From Patescibacteria group bacterium (lineage in GTDB: Bacteria; Patescibacteriota; Patescibacteriia; UBA9934): a DNA stretch of 64,000 nt. Below the pieces are notes generated by a model. That model made no database searches. It saw only the letters and a list, made by a program, of their open reading frames with translations, and was not told the DNA's origin. A program made the translations under genes and the position numbers. Positions within the stretch are counted from its first letter, which is position 1, and the number at the start of each line of letters is the position of its first letter. Of this stretch, positions 10,843 through 20,441 are shown one piece after another. Location of the stretch: NCBI GenBank assembly GCA_041666145.1, contig JBAYHK010000001.1, forward strand, positions 3,810 to 67,809. The letters are read 5' to 3'.

Positions 10843-11547
10843 TTATTCGGCCCGCCTCTTTGCCGCATCCTTTCGCCATGCATTAATCGCCTTATGATTC
10901 CCAGATAAAAGTACAGACGGAACTGCAACGTCAACCGCAACTCCTTTCTCCTTTATTCTCCTATAAACAACCGGCTTTGTGTACTGCGGGTACTCTAAAA
11001 AACCTTCAGTATCATGAGACTCTTCTGCGAGAGTTTCTTCATTTCCAAGAACGCCTGGAATGAGTCGCGCTATCGCGTCGACCATGACCAGTGCAGGTAG
11101 CTCACCACCTGTTAAAACAAAGTCTCCAATCGATAATGATTCATCCGAAACAAGCTCTTCAACGCGATGATCAATTCCTTCGTACCGTCCACAAATAAAA
11201 ATGATTTGATCGTACGAAACCAACCGCTTAGCATCAGCCTGTGTAAACCTTTTTCCAGAAGCAGACGTCATAATAACGCGTACATTCGGTTCCTGCCTTC
11301 GTAGCCAAGACTTTCGCGATCGAATCGCTGCAACTGCGTCGTCAATCGGCTGGACAGTCATTACCATCCCAGCACCACCGCCGTACGGAGTGTCATCGAC
11401 TTTTTTATGCTTATCTTTTGAGTACTTTCGCAAATCATGTCCAACGATCTTTAAAAGTTTTTCTCTCTGTGCGCGTCCCAAAATCGACGCTTCTGCATAA
11501 GGCGCAATGACTTCTGGAAAAATCGTTACAATATCAAAACGCTTCAT
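10843..11547 (-). CDS. trmD: tRNA (guanine37-N1)-methyltransferase TrmD
   Basis: Start set at MKRFDIV; SPOUT-fold motifs GRYEGIDHRV and LSIGDFVLTGGELPALVMVDA. Confidence 0.85.
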   Translation of the reverse strand: MKRFDIVTIFPEVIAPYAEASILGRAQREKLLKIVGHDLRKYSKDKHKKVDDTPYGGGAGMVMTVQPIDDAVAAIRSRKSWLRRQEPNVRVIMTSASGKRFTQADAKRLVSYDQIIFICGRYEGIDHRVEELVSDESLSIGDFVLTGGELPALVMVDAIARLIPGVLGNEETLAEESHDTEGFLEYPQYTKPVVYRRIKEKGVAVDVAVPSVLLSGNHKAINAWRKDAAKRRAE

Positions 11548-11837
11548 ACTTTTTCCCCTACCAAATATGTACAACCTTGTTCTCCCATTCGTACATGATG
11601 TTCGATGCCTGCTGGAATCTCAAAACGCTCACCTTCTCGATATTCTCGATCAACACCATGAAGATTCAATATAATTGACCCCTGCACAACAATGCGCGCA
11701 GTAGGATCCGAATCAATATGCGCCGGATACATTTCACCAGGTCCGTTGTGCCACAAATACACATCGGTAAACCCTTCTAAACGTAATTGAGCTTCAAGGG
11801 ATGCAATATTCATACAAAAAAGCGTGGCACCAATCAT
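11544..11837 (-). CDS. Hypothetical small protein, cupin-like
   Basis: 97 aa; His/Glu-rich beta pattern; sits where rimM normally lies but lacks RimM features. Confidence 0.35.
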   Translation of the reverse strand: MIGATLFCMNIASLEAQLRLEGFTDVYLWHNGPGEMYPAHIDSDPTARIVVQGSIILNLHGVDREYREGERFEIPAGIEHHVRMGEQGCTYLVGEKV

Positions 11838-11863
11838 GGTACCACGCTCTTTATTTTCTGCAT

Positions 11864-12202
11864 TTAGAACGTCAAACTGTCGACAGAAGCGTCATCAATC
11901 GGCGTCTCTGGCGCGATGACTGGAGCCGCTTCTTCCCCAGGACCCCGACGAGTACTGCTTGCCGGCGCATCAATTCGGAAAGAAACGCGCATGTTCGCCT
12001 TTGCGCCAATCGTCGCTAAAAGCGTACGAATTGCCACTGCAGTTTCTCCACTCTTTCCAATAACGTATCCGGTGTCTTCTGGACTGGTATGTACCGTGAT
12101 CAACACACCTTGCTCATCTACCTTACGATCTGACGTAACTAGCTCTGGATGATTCACCAAAGCCTTCACAATAAACTCCACAAACTGCTGATCAAACTCC
12201 AT
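11864..12202 (-). CDS. KH-domain RNA-binding protein (YlqC/UPF0109-like)
   Basis: Start set at MEFDQQF; motif VIGKSGETAVAIRTLL (GXXG loop); in the conserved rpsP-KH-trmD gene order. Confidence 0.65.
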   Translation of the reverse strand: MEFDQQFVEFIVKALVNHPELVTSDRKVDEQGVLITVHTSPEDTGYVIGKSGETAVAIRTLLATIGAKANMRVSFRIDAPASSTRRGPGEEAAPVIAPETPIDDASVDSLTF

Positions 12203-12322
12203 ACACAAATGTTTGCGGCAATGATTCAAATGCGCCGGGGCTGCCGCATGCACAACCGGAACGCAACACTGTAATAATACAAAAGACGCTGTCTCAGTGA
12301 AACAGCGTCCTGTGTATGAGGC

Positions 12323-12643
12323 TTACGCCTTCGCCTTTGCCTTAGTGTCTGCAATAGTTTTTGCTCGAGCTGCAGTAATCGTAATCTTATTTACCTTCTT
12401 TCCCTTCACCAAGCCATGATCGACGAAAAGATTGTTGACTGTTGCTGAAGGCTGCGCGCCAACACTCAACCAATACGCTGCACGTTCCATATTAATGACA
12501 GCATCCTTACGATCTGCACGTGGATCTAAGTTCCCAATGACTTCGATTGCTGGAGACCAAGGATCCTTCTGACTGTCCTGCACCACAATGCGGTAATACG
12601 GCTGCTTGCGCTTTCCAGTGCGTGATAAACGAATAGCGATCAT
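12323..12643 (-). CDS. rpsP: 30S ribosomal protein S16
   Basis: Start set at MIAIRLSRTGKRKQPYYRIVV, the canonical S16 N-terminus. Confidence 0.85.
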   Translation of the reverse strand: MIAIRLSRTGKRKQPYYRIVVQDSQKDPWSPAIEVIGNLDPRADRKDAVINMERAAYWLSVGAQPSATVNNLFVDHGLVKGKKVNKITITAARAKTIADTKAKAKA

Positions 12644-12730
12644 AAAGAAATTCGCGAGTAATGGCCGAAGATTGCCATTCCCAAAAAGTTTTGTCAAGAC
12701 CTGTAAGGGCATTGCTAATGCCGTCGAGGA

Positions 12731-13126
12731 TTGCAAAAAGTCGTAAATCTTGCTACTCTTCTGCGTTCGATCAACCGTCCCTCTCTCGCAACTCCGAGGT
12801 CACTCATGTCCCTCTCTTCCATCTTCATCTTCTTCTGGATCGTCATGGTGTTTCTAGGCCTGCTGGCATTCCATTCAAACAATGGAGAAGCCACTGCCAA
12901 GGCTTGGCGATTGACTGTGAACTGCTCGATACTTGCGCTAGTGCTCGACGGTTTATGGGTTTTTCTCATGTTCGTCCGAATCACGCCCATATCGAGTTGC
13001 ATTTCCCAAAAAGCATGGGATTGGATCTTCTGGAATATAAGCGCTCCGTGGATCGGCCCACAGATTCTCATCATCATCGGAATAGGAATCTATCTGTCCC
13101 GAACGACAAGGCCACGAAACCCCTAA
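12731..13126 (+). CDS. Hypothetical small membrane protein
   Basis: Several hydrophobic segments; frame choice in this region is uncertain. Confidence 0.25.
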   Translation: MQKVVNLATLLRSINRPSLATPRSLMSLSSIFIFFWIVMVFLGLLAFHSNNGEATAKAWRLTVNCSILALVLDGLWVFLMFVRITPISSCISQKAWDWIFWNISAPWIGPQILIIIGIGIYLSRTTRPRNP

Positions 13127-13200
13127 CCGCATCCGTTCGAAGAGCCCACTCGGCCTTCGCGGGTGCGGTTCTTCTTTTTCCTCTGTTATACTTTCTTCAT

Positions 13201-13374
13201 ATGATCCCTGGAATTCTCCTTCTTCTCCTTGGTCTTAGCGTATTTATCGCCGCAGGCATTAAACTGGACGACGCGCCAGGCGTTGAAAAAAAGACGGTGA
13301 TTATTATGATGGTCGGCATTGCATTCATCGTTCTTGGCGGCATTCTTCTCTACGGCAACGCATTCGGCGCCTAA
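13201..13374 (+). CDS. Hypothetical 58-aa two-helix membrane peptide
   Basis: MIPGILLLLLGLSVFIAAGIK...; ATG at 13201; may be the only real portion of the longer 12661..13374 ORF. Confidence 0.3.
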   Translation: MIPGILLLLLGLSVFIAAGIKLDDAPGVEKKTVIIMMVGIAFIVLGGILLYGNAFGA

Positions 13375-13432
13375 ACAAAACACCACTCAGCAGAAGTTGA
13401 GTGGTGTTTTGTATTTCTTGATCATCGTTTAG

Positions 13433-13458
13433 TGGATTCCCGCTTGCGCGGGAATGAC
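13433..13458. repeat. Palindromic element family C (GGATYCCCGC-N4-GCGGGRATGAC), intergenic copy
   Basis: tggattcccgcttgcgcgggaatgac; 8-bp stem, 4-nt loop. Confidence 0.8.
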
Positions 13459-13487
13459 GAGAGCTACAAATCGTGCAGTATCTTTCT

Positions 13488-14585
13488 CTACACTTTTCTT
13501 GCGCGAATAGCGAGGAACATTGGAATCTCTTTGCGAATGCGATTTTCGGCTCGCGCACGAGGACCAGAAGTGCTTTCTTTATGCGAAATCCATTCTTCCA
13601 TTTCGTCGACAAGGAAACCGGCTTTTGAAAGTGCGGAAACATAAGAAGAAAGCGGACGATGGAATGACATGGTTCGAACGTCTGGAGCGTCGCCAGGATG
13701 CATTTGCATTGGAATCGACTTTTCTTCTAAGTACGAGTCAATACGGCGATACATCATCTTTCTTGAATCTTCGAATCCCCAACTACTCTGACGCGGAACG
13801 CGAAATGCAGGATGGTTCAAAACGATAACGAATGGTGCGTTCTTTTTCAGTAGCTTCGATACTGTTGCGAACACTCCCTCCATGTTTTCAATATTCTGAA
13901 GTGCAAGAACAATCGCGGCACCGTCAAACGTCATGGACGCAATTTCTTTTGTGCCGCGCGATGCGTCTGAAACAAAGAATTCTGCGTTGCGAACATGTTT
14001 CATTTGCGCTTGGCGAACCAAGGTCGGCGAAGCATCGATACCGACCACTCCCCCGCCTTGCTTACTGATTAACTGCGCAAACGAACCTTCGCCACATGCC
14101 ACATCTAAAAACACTTTTCCCGCACCAACACCAAGGAGCTTCAACGCTCCAGGCCAAACCACTTCGCTCTGATACGTTCCTGGCGCGGAAAGATGGGTTC
14201 CATACCACTCCGCAACATTCTCCCAACTTGTTGAAGATGCCGAACCTCGTCGTGGCGAAGCGGCAGCTCGTGGACCGCTGGTGCGTTGATTGAACCTCCC
14301 CCTAGCCCCCTCCTTGGTAAGGAGGGGGGAATCACAACGCGAACCCTCCCCCTTAACAAGGGGGAGTCGGAGGGGGTCGAATCGCTCGTCTCTTCGACGA
14401 CCTTTCATAAATGGCGGCTTCACACTTGGACGCATCGGTCCGTCTGCATGCGAATCTGCTCGAGCATCTCTTGGAGCACGATCGATTCGTTCTGCGCCTT
14501 GCGATCGATTACCACGTTGCGTGCCATATGTTCCTTTGCCGCGGCGAGCGAATGCTGGACCGGGACGTGATTGTGAATGTTGCAT
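13488..14585 (-). CDS. Class I SAM-dependent methyltransferase with Arg-rich N-terminal region of uncertain reality
   Basis: Motif I VFLDVACGEGSFAQ; a composite B2+B1 palindromic element lies in frame near the N-terminus (PLRLPLVKGEGSRCDSPLLTKEGARG); true start uncertain. Confidence 0.6.
   Translation of the reverse strand: MQHSQSRPGPAFARRGKGTYGTQRGNRSQGAERIDRAPRDARADSHADGPMRPSVKPPFMKGRRRDERFDPLRLPLVKGEGSRCDSPLLTKEGARGRFNQRTSGPRAAASPRRGSASSTSWENVAEWYGTHLSAPGTYQSEVVWPGALKLLGVGAGKVFLDVACGEGSFAQLISKQGGGVVGIDASPTLVRQAQMKHVRNAEFFVSDASRGTKEIASMTFDGAAIVLALQNIENMEGVFATVSKLLKKNAPFVIVLNHPAFRVPRQSSWGFEDSRKMMYRRIDSYLEEKSIPMQMHPGDAPDVRTMSFHRPLSSYVSALSKAGFLVDEMEEWISHKESTSGPRARAENRIRKEIPMFLAIRARKV
14295..14380. 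repeat. Composite GC-rich palindromic element (family B2 plus inverted B1), in frame in the methyltransferase ORF
   Basis: cctccccctagccccctccttggtaaggagggggg-aatcacaacgcgaa-ccctcccccttaacaagggggagtcggagggggtcga. Confidence 0.85.
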
Positions 14586-14598
14586 ATGAGTTTTTTTG

Positions 14599-14738
14599 TA
14601 ATCGCGAGGCTGTAATCAGCCGTCCGGCAGAGCCGGATCCGGCTTCGCCGGAAAGCAATCTACACGGTATTATTTCAAAATTTATACTAAACGATCTGAA
14701 CCTAGATTGCTTCGTCAGGATTACCTTCCTCGCAACGA
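14599..14738. repeat. Nested palindromic element family D, downstream of smc
   Basis: tcgcgagg ... ggaaagcaatcta ... tagattgcttcg ... cctcgcaacgac; shares the gcaatcta / tagattgcttcg core with the element at 35048-35126. Confidence 0.5.
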
Positions 14739-14799
14739 CGGAAATAAGACATAGGGAGCGGATCCCTCCTAACGTCGGGATGGGAACTGATACAGCCAC

Positions 14800-17121
14800 T
14801 TATCTCCTCGCAGTTCCGTCGCCAACGTAATCTTCCAACTTCACGCTGAGCATTTTGCTTATACCGTCGTCACCCATAGTTACGCCGTACAGCATGTCTG
14901 CCTTTTCCATGGTGGCACGGTTGTGAGTAATGACAATGAACTGCGTTAATTTCCGAAGTTCATTCAAAATGTTTGCGAACCGTACAGTATTTGCTTCATC
15001 TAGGGCAGCGTCAACTTCGTCTAGCACCACAAATGGCGCAGGATTCGTGGCCATAATGGCAGAAACAAGAGCAATTGACGTTAAAGCGCGCTCGCCGCCA
15101 GACAAAAGATTCAGCGCCTTGAGTCGTTTTCCAGGAGGCGTTGCCTGAATGTCGATGCCGACAATGGCGTCTTTTCGCTCCAGCACCCGCCTTGTAATCG
15201 CCTCGAGCGTATCGACGTCGTCGTGATGAACAAGCTCGTCGAGTACCAATGGATCCCCGCCTACGCGGGGATGACTGGACGCATCCAAAGACCCATCTTC
15301 AAGCTCCTCTTTTGTGAGTTTCACCAACGAACACCGTCCGCCACCAAACAAAATTGCAAAATACTTTTGAAACTCAGTCGCGATCGCTTTAAAAGCAACG
15401 TCTGACTGTTCACGAATCTGAACATCGAGTTCGTCAATGACTTTCTCGGTCGAAGCAATGGCATCGCGAAGATCTGCAACCTGCGTCGACAAAAACGTAA
15501 ATCGCTCATCAGCTTCTTTATATTCGGCAACGACTGTTTCTTCAATCCCACCAATAAGCTCAAGCTGATGTCGCAAGCGAAGCATCTTGTCATGCAAAAC
15601 GACCTCCCCCAGCCCCTCCTTGGTAAGGAAGGGGGTCTCGCTTGGTCGATCCGCGACAATCGACGCAACAAGCTCCGGCACCGCATCTTCCATTTCTTTC
15701 TTCAATCCCTCAATCCGCGTTTCGCATCGCGCAATCTCGATGGCAACCGCATTCGACTGCGCCTCAAGTCCAGATAATTCTTGTTGCAATCTTCGTACCT
15801 CTCGCTGTACACCAAAAACTTCGTTCGTAGCAGTTACCGTCGCCTTTGACTTCTCATCGATAGCAACTTCTACAGCCTTCACACCAGCTTCACACGCATG
15901 AACGCCTTCGAGCGCCACAGAAATTGCATTCACCATTTCTGCACTCGGCGCAAAGTCATCCGGATTCGGCCGCGTCAATCGCTCACGCAACTTTTTCGAT
16001 CGCGTTGATATCGACTCAAGATCGGAAATGATCGGCACAAGATCGGCAAGATCAGAAACAGCTTTCAATCGAAGCAATAACGACTCGTGCGCCGCAGAAA
16101 CATCTCGAACCTCGGCGATAATGTCTGGAAGCGGCAATGGTGCCCACGTTGTTTGCGACGCGACTTTTGCAAGCTCTAAATCTCGCTCCGCCGCAAAATG
16201 AACACGCCGAGCGTCAGCCAAATCTTGTTGCGCCTTTTTATACGCCATCTGCAAACCGCTCATCGAACCATCGTCATTCACGTTCGGCATTTGCGCAGCC
16301 TCAATAGCCGCAAGCCTTGCATCTCCAGTCGCCAATTCCGCTTTCTTCGCCGCAACACGTTCCATCGCAATCTTCGATCTCCCATCAACCAGATTCTTCT
16401 CATCAATCAAGTTCCACCACTGCACACCGAAATACTGCGCCGACACTTCTTTCAATTCCGCAGCAACAACTTCTCTGTCATTCAACCGCTTCACTTGCCG
16501 CTTAAGCATGTTCAAACGCGGCTCAAGTTCACGCAGCACCATTTCCACGTCTGCCAAATTCTCCGCAGACTTCTGCAGCTTCAACAGCGCCTGATGTCGC
16601 TTAATCTGGAAGCCCCTTACTCCAGTCGCGTCGTCGAAAAAGACTTTCCTGTCTTCTGGCGACGCAGTAAGAACATGGTCAATCATGCCTTGGCCAATCA
16701 CCGAATACGATCGTTGCCCAACACCAGCTTCTGCCAACAACAACTGAATATCTGCCAATCGCACCACCGATCCATTTAACAAATATTCCGACTCGCCATC
16801 ACGATAAAGTCGACGAGTCACCACGACTTCAGAAAATGAAACGTTCAATGTATGGTCGGAGTTATCAAAAGTCAGGCTCACCTCAGCAAAACCTGCACGA
16901 CTCCTGCCCTCTGCACCCGAAAAAATCACGTCTTGCGCTGCCTTTCCTCGAAGCAGCTTCATGGACTGCTCCCCTAAACACCACCGAATTCCGTCTGCAA
17001 TGTTCGACTTTCCACTCCCATTTGGCCCAACAATCACCGTCACAGCATGGTCTCCCTTTTTTGGCGCCGCAAACAAAAGCGTTGTTTTTTGAGCAAACGT
17101 TTTAAACCCCTGAAGCTCCAT
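14800..17121 (-). CDS. smc: Chromosome segregation protein SMC (unusually short, ~774 aa)
   Basis: N-terminal Walker A VGPNGSGKSNIADGIRWCLGEQS; C-terminal signature LSGGERALTSIALVSAIM...VLDEVDAALD; start set at MELQGFK; two different in-frame palindromic inserts (family C: HPRVGGDP; family B2: ETPFLTKEGLGEV). Confidence 0.8.
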   Translation of the reverse strand: MELQGFKTFAQKTTLLFAAPKKGDHAVTVIVGPNGSGKSNIADGIRWCLGEQSMKLLRGKAAQDVIFSGAEGRSRAGFAEVSLTFDNSDHTLNVSFSEVVVTRRLYRDGESEYLLNGSVVRLADIQLLLAEAGVGQRSYSVIGQGMIDHVLTASPEDRKVFFDDATGVRGFQIKRHQALLKLQKSAENLADVEMVLRELEPRLNMLKRQVKRLNDREVVAAELKEVSAQYFGVQWWNLIDEKNLVDGRSKIAMERVAAKKAELATGDARLAAIEAAQMPNVNDDGSMSGLQMAYKKAQQDLADARRVHFAAERDLELAKVASQTTWAPLPLPDIIAEVRDVSAAHESLLLRLKAVSDLADLVPIISDLESISTRSKKLRERLTRPNPDDFAPSAEMVNAISVALEGVHACEAGVKAVEVAIDEKSKATVTATNEVFGVQREVRRLQQELSGLEAQSNAVAIEIARCETRIEGLKKEMEDAVPELVASIVADRPSETPFLTKEGLGEVVLHDKMLRLRHQLELIGGIEETVVAEYKEADERFTFLSTQVADLRDAIASTEKVIDELDVQIREQSDVAFKAIATEFQKYFAILFGGGRCSLVKLTKEELEDGSLDASSHPRVGGDPLVLDELVHHDDVDTLEAITRRVLERKDAIVGIDIQATPPGKRLKALNLLSGGERALTSIALVSAIMATNPAPFVVLDEVDAALDEANTVRFANILNELRKLTQFIVITHNRATMEKADMLYGVTMGDDGISKMLSVKLEDYVGDGTARR
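15250..15275. repeat. Palindromic element family C, in frame in smc
   Basis: tggatccccgcctacgcggggatgac. Confidence 0.8.
15603..15637. repeat. GC-rich palindromic element family B2 (CCCCTCCTTGGTAAGGAGGGG core), in frame in smc
   Basis: cctcccccagcccctccttggtaaggaagggggtc. Confidence 0.85.
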
Positions 17122-17204
17122 GCGGGAGAGATACATATGCCGGCAGTGTAAATGAAGTCTCCCCTCTTTACTAGACAATCTGGCTTATCTCTGCTATTTT
17201 TCCT

Positions 17205-17282
17205 CGTCCTTCTCTCCCTGCAATCCCTCGAAAATCTCGAGGCATTCCAGGGCAACGGCAGCAGGCAAGCTGGCGTTGAAAC
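17205..17282 (+). promoter_or_regulatory. Conserved cassette leader, copy 1 (hybrid of leader types II and I)
   Basis: tccctgcaatccctcgaaaatctcgaggcattccagggcaacggcagcaggcaagctggcgttgaaacatggagg; core cagggcaacggcagca present in all eight leaders; SD immediately upstream of the start. Confidence 0.6.
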
Positions 17283-18113
17283 ATGGAGGCTCAAATGAGC
17301 AACAATAAACCAAAAGGGTTCTATATCAACACAGAAGGACATCTTGTGCCACCACTTGGCTGCAAGAATATCAACGAAGGGCTCAATGCTCTGGAAACTG
17401 TCTTGGCCGAAGCTCCTGAAGATGCGGATTCCGAGGTTATTGCGGTTCCAGAACCAGGGGTATCCCCATGGATATTCCGGACTCCAAAACCGAACGAAGC
17501 TACAAAAGTAGACAGCGAAGACAGCGTCCTCTACTTCTTCTGGGCAACGAACGAAAAGTCTGGAGACCAGTGCATCGTCATGTTCAACGGTCACCATGAC
17601 GGCAAGGAAGACAACCTCTGGCGCATCGTCACATCTGAAGAATGGAGACGAGCCAAACTGGGCGACGAAGTTTTTCGGCTATTCGCAAATGCCAATGCTG
17701 CAAAGACGGCATGTCCTAACGGGTTACTCGTCACGACGTTCTTCGACGGTCCTTGGAAAGGAGTCGTTGTCCATTCCACAAGAAGCAATGACCGCGACAT
17801 CTCCTACTGCACAAACCCCAATCTTCTCGAAACGCTCGGCATACCAGACGGCATACCTCTCGAGCTAGAAGCATGGAGGCAGGCAACATCAGAAGGAACA
17901 TTGTTCGGTCAACTCCTTCTCAAATACGCCGTCCCAAGCTGGACAACCAATCTGGAATACAACGAGATCGGACCAGTGATTATACGGATGATCGCCACCA
18001 GTGATGGAGGAATCTGCATCCTTGTCCGCGATGACAATGAATACGGAGTCCGGTTTCTCTGGAGAAGCATGGATCACGAACAAGGAAAGCTGCTTCTCGA
18101 ATTTGCTCGATAA
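17283..18113 (+). CDS. Cassette-array protein, long form L1 (uncharacterised family)
   Basis: 276 aa; shares FFWA-x-N ... W(R/Q)xxxLG ... VHS motifs with L2-L5 and the core with S1-S3; followed by hairpin terminator cacgcccgctgcgccaaaggtgcagtgggcgtg. Confidence 0.6.
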   Translation: MEAQMSNNKPKGFYINTEGHLVPPLGCKNINEGLNALETVLAEAPEDADSEVIAVPEPGVSPWIFRTPKPNEATKVDSEDSVLYFFWATNEKSGDQCIVMFNGHHDGKEDNLWRIVTSEEWRRAKLGDEVFRLFANANAAKTACPNGLLVTTFFDGPWKGVVVHSTRSNDRDISYCTNPNLLETLGIPDGIPLELEAWRQATSEGTLFGQLLLKYAVPSWTTNLEYNEIGPVIIRMIATSDGGICILVRDDNEYGVRFLWRSMDHEQGKLLLEFAR

Positions 18114-18166
18114 AAAACGATGCTCACGCCCGCTGCGCCAAAGGTGCAGTGGGCGTGCCTCTCAAT

Positions 18167-18252
18167 ATTCCCTCCCTGCAATCCCTCGAAAATCTCGAGG
18201 CATTCCAGGGCAACGGCAGCAATGAAGCTGACGTTGGTTTGTTAGGAAAGAA
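18167..18252 (+). promoter_or_regulatory. Conserved cassette leader, type II, copy 2
   Basis: ctccctgcaatccctcgaaaatctcgaggcattccagggcaacggcagcaatgaagctgacgttggtttgttaggaaagaagtg. Confidence 0.6.
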
Positions 18253-19134
18253 GTGATGGGAGAAAAAAGAGAAAAAGATCCGACATGGTTCAGCGTCCGT
18301 GCTGGTGTACTCATTCCGCCCAGTGAATATGAAAGCGTACAACTCGCACTACAGAACTCGCATCCGACATACGTCGAATACAGCGAGCGACTGATATCGA
18401 ACAGGCCGTGTGTGGCCATTGGCGAATATCACAGACTCATCGCCCGCCTCCCCAAGGCCAAGGAGATGCTCTGTGTGATGAACACCAAATCAGGACTGGG
18501 CTACGAAGCAATCAACATCAGCCTTCTCTTCTTCTGGGCTTTCAATGAAGAAAAGGGAGGGAAAGAGCTCATCGTCTGGTGCTACTCGAGCCACTCGGAT
18601 GAAGGGAGACGCTGGATTGCCCTCTCAAGTACCGAATGGCGTACCACGCCCCTCGGACTCCACGCCGTGCGGAGATTCAAGAACGTGGAAGCGGCCAAGC
18701 TCGGATGCCCGGTCGAGAACCTCGTCATCCTTCCGTCCAAGGCCGAGAACGGATGGACCCGGTTCATGGTCCACAGCCCGTTCGACGACGCAAGCCACAT
18801 CGCAACGCTCATGAGAAGTCTGCCTGCCAATGTGCTCGGAATTCCAGAACACACAAGACTCCCAATCTCACTCTGGGACTGCGAAGGTCTCGCTGAAGAC
18901 TTCACACTCGAACGCGTCTGCCCATGCCTCATGGATGAATGGTCTGATCCTGAAGAAGGAAAGACCGACATCCCCATGCGTCAAGCAATCCTTTGGATCG
19001 GTGTAACGAGCCTCGGTGAGTACATCATCGTGACCTGCCAGTGGATGAGTGACACGAACGTGGCCGCCATCTCCTGGAAAATGTTCGCGCACGAAGACGG
19101 CGACCGGATCTTCAAGCAGAAAGCGAAAAGCTAA
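18253..19134 (+). CDS. Cassette-array protein, long form L2
   Basis: 293 aa; LFFWAFNEEKGG...LIVW...EWRTTPLGLHAVRRFKNVEAAKLGCP...GWTRFMVHSPF. Confidence 0.6.
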   Translation: MMGEKREKDPTWFSVRAGVLIPPSEYESVQLALQNSHPTYVEYSERLISNRPCVAIGEYHRLIARLPKAKEMLCVMNTKSGLGYEAINISLLFFWAFNEEKGGKELIVWCYSSHSDEGRRWIALSSTEWRTTPLGLHAVRRFKNVEAAKLGCPVENLVILPSKAENGWTRFMVHSPFDDASHIATLMRSLPANVLGIPEHTRLPISLWDCEGLAEDFTLERVCPCLMDEWSDPEEGKTDIPMRQAILWIGVTSLGEYIIVTCQWMSDTNVAAISWKMFAHEDGDRIFKQKAKS

Positions 19135-19175
19135 CCTCGACCGCTACGACGACGGCGCCCCACACGCAGGCGCCG

Positions 19176-19241
19176 TCACTCCCCTGCGAGGCTTCGAACC
19201 TCTCGAAGTTTCACAGGGCAACGGCAGCAGGCAAGCTGGCG
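19176..19241 (+). promoter_or_regulatory. Conserved cassette leader, type I, copy 3
   Basis: ctgcgaggcttcgaacctctcgaagtttcacagggcaacggcagcaggcaagctggcgttgaaacacggaggttcc. Confidence 0.6.
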
Positions 19242-20123
19242 TTGAAACACGGAGGTTCCTTAATGGAACAACATAACTTCATCGTAAGAAACGGAAGGCT
19301 CTCCCCAAGAGAAGAAGAGGAGAACATGGTCAATGCCTTGCTCAAGGCAGGCGCAACCGACATCCCAAACAACAGCCGCCGATTGGGCCAAGATGAACCA
19401 TGCGTGTTCATCGCTGAGTTCAAGGACCGGCTTATTCCCTTGCCAGAAAAACAAGAGATTCTACGCGTCCGAAACCCCAACGACCGTGATCCGAACCGCA
19501 AATATACCCGCTTAGATCTCATGGTCTTCTGGGCCTTCGACAAGGACATCAACAATGAAGTACTCGTCGTCTGGAACAACTTGAACCACAATGCGAGTGA
19601 CGAATTCGAGTCCTGGATCACCGTATCAAACGAAGAATGGCGTACCACAGTCATTGGCTCATGCGCAGTACGTCAATTCAAAAACGCAAAAATGGCCATG
19701 GATGAATGTCTAGGAGAACCAAACGAAAAGTTTGTTGTTCTGCATGAGGACAAAAAACGTGGATGGAGACGCTGTGCAGTTCACAGCTCACTCGCAGACA
19801 TGTATAGCGTCGTTGAATTCATCATGAGTAACGACTTCCTCGCCAGGAAACTCGGAGCACAAGAACACGTTCGACTCCCATTGCCAGACTGGAAAGACAG
19901 CATCCGTCTCGACAGTAACTGGCTCAGTGACTTCTGCCCCGGCCTCGCCAAAGAAGAATGGCCGAATCCAGAAGAAGGAGAAGAAGGTATTCCGCGAGTT
20001 CTTGCAATCGGGTTCATTAGCCGCGAACACGGAATGGTCATCATTACCTACCAACAAATCGGGAACGTAGCATACGTCTCCCAGCGGGCGTTCAACTGCG
20101 CCATGCTCGAAAAGATCTTTTGA
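19242..20123 (+). CDS. Cassette-array protein, long form L3
   Basis: 293 aa; MVFWAFDKDINNEVLVVW...EWRTTVIGSCAVRQFKNAKMAM...GWRRCAVHSSL. Confidence 0.6.
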   Translation: MKHGGSLMEQHNFIVRNGRLSPREEEENMVNALLKAGATDIPNNSRRLGQDEPCVFIAEFKDRLIPLPEKQEILRVRNPNDRDPNRKYTRLDLMVFWAFDKDINNEVLVVWNNLNHNASDEFESWITVSNEEWRTTVIGSCAVRQFKNAKMAMDECLGEPNEKFVVLHEDKKRGWRRCAVHSSLADMYSVVEFIMSNDFLARKLGAQEHVRLPLPDWKDSIRLDSNWLSDFCPGLAKEEWPNPEEGEEGIPRVLAIGFISREHGMVIITYQQIGNVAYVSQRAFNCAMLEKIF

Positions 20124-20149
20124 ACAGAAGGTGAAGCGAAGAACTGACC

Positions 20150-20215
20150 TCGACCACTACGACGACGGCGCCCCACACGCGGGTGCCGTCGTTTTGCTTT
20201 TGTTTGCAGGGTGAA
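20150..20215 (+). terminator. Conserved cassette terminator (representative copy)
   Basis: gacggcgccccacacgcgggtgccgtc hairpin followed by gttttgcttttg; near-identical copies follow all eight cassette ORFs. Confidence 0.6.
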
Positions 20216-20242
20216 AAACACACGGAACTTCAAAACACGCGG

Positions 20243-20268
20243 AACCTAGTTAGTGACTAACTTAGTTT
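20243..20268. repeat. 27-bp palindrome family E (AAACTTMGTTAG-N3-CTAACKAAGTTT), copy E1
   Basis: aacctagttagtgactaacttagttt. Confidence 0.75.
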
Positions 20269-20345
20269 GTAAGAGCGCATGAGACAGCTCTGGAATAGAC
20301 AGATTCGTAAATCTCTGCTACTTTTCTTCGTCATCAAGTCACAAA

Positions 20346-20441
20346 AACTCTCTGCGAGGCTTCGAGCCTATCGAAGTTTCACAGGGCAACGGCAGCAGGC
20401 AAGCTGGCGTTGAAACATACATCTTTTCAAGGAGAACATCG
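20346..20441 (+). promoter_or_regulatory. Conserved cassette leader, type I, copy 4
   Basis: ctctgcgaggcttcgagcctatcgaagtttcacagggcaacggcagcaggcaagctggcgttgaaacatacatcttttcaaggagaacatc. Confidence 0.6.

Noticed and set aside
11544-11837. Calling this ORF rimM because of its position between the KH gene and trmD
   Set aside because: The 97-aa protein lacks RimM N-terminal and PRC-barrel features. It is left as hypothetical.
12661-13374. 237-aa ORF starting opposite rpsP
   Set aside because: The N-terminal 170 residues are Arg/His/Ser-rich low-complexity sequence antisense to and adjacent to rpsP. Only the C-terminal hydrophobic portion (13201..13374) looks protein-like.
16198-16779. 193-aa ORF and other long antisense ORFs inside smc, rpoB, rpoC, ftsK and sufS
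   Set aside because: They lie antisense to or out of frame with strongly supported conserved genes; such spurious ORFs are typical at GC ~50%.
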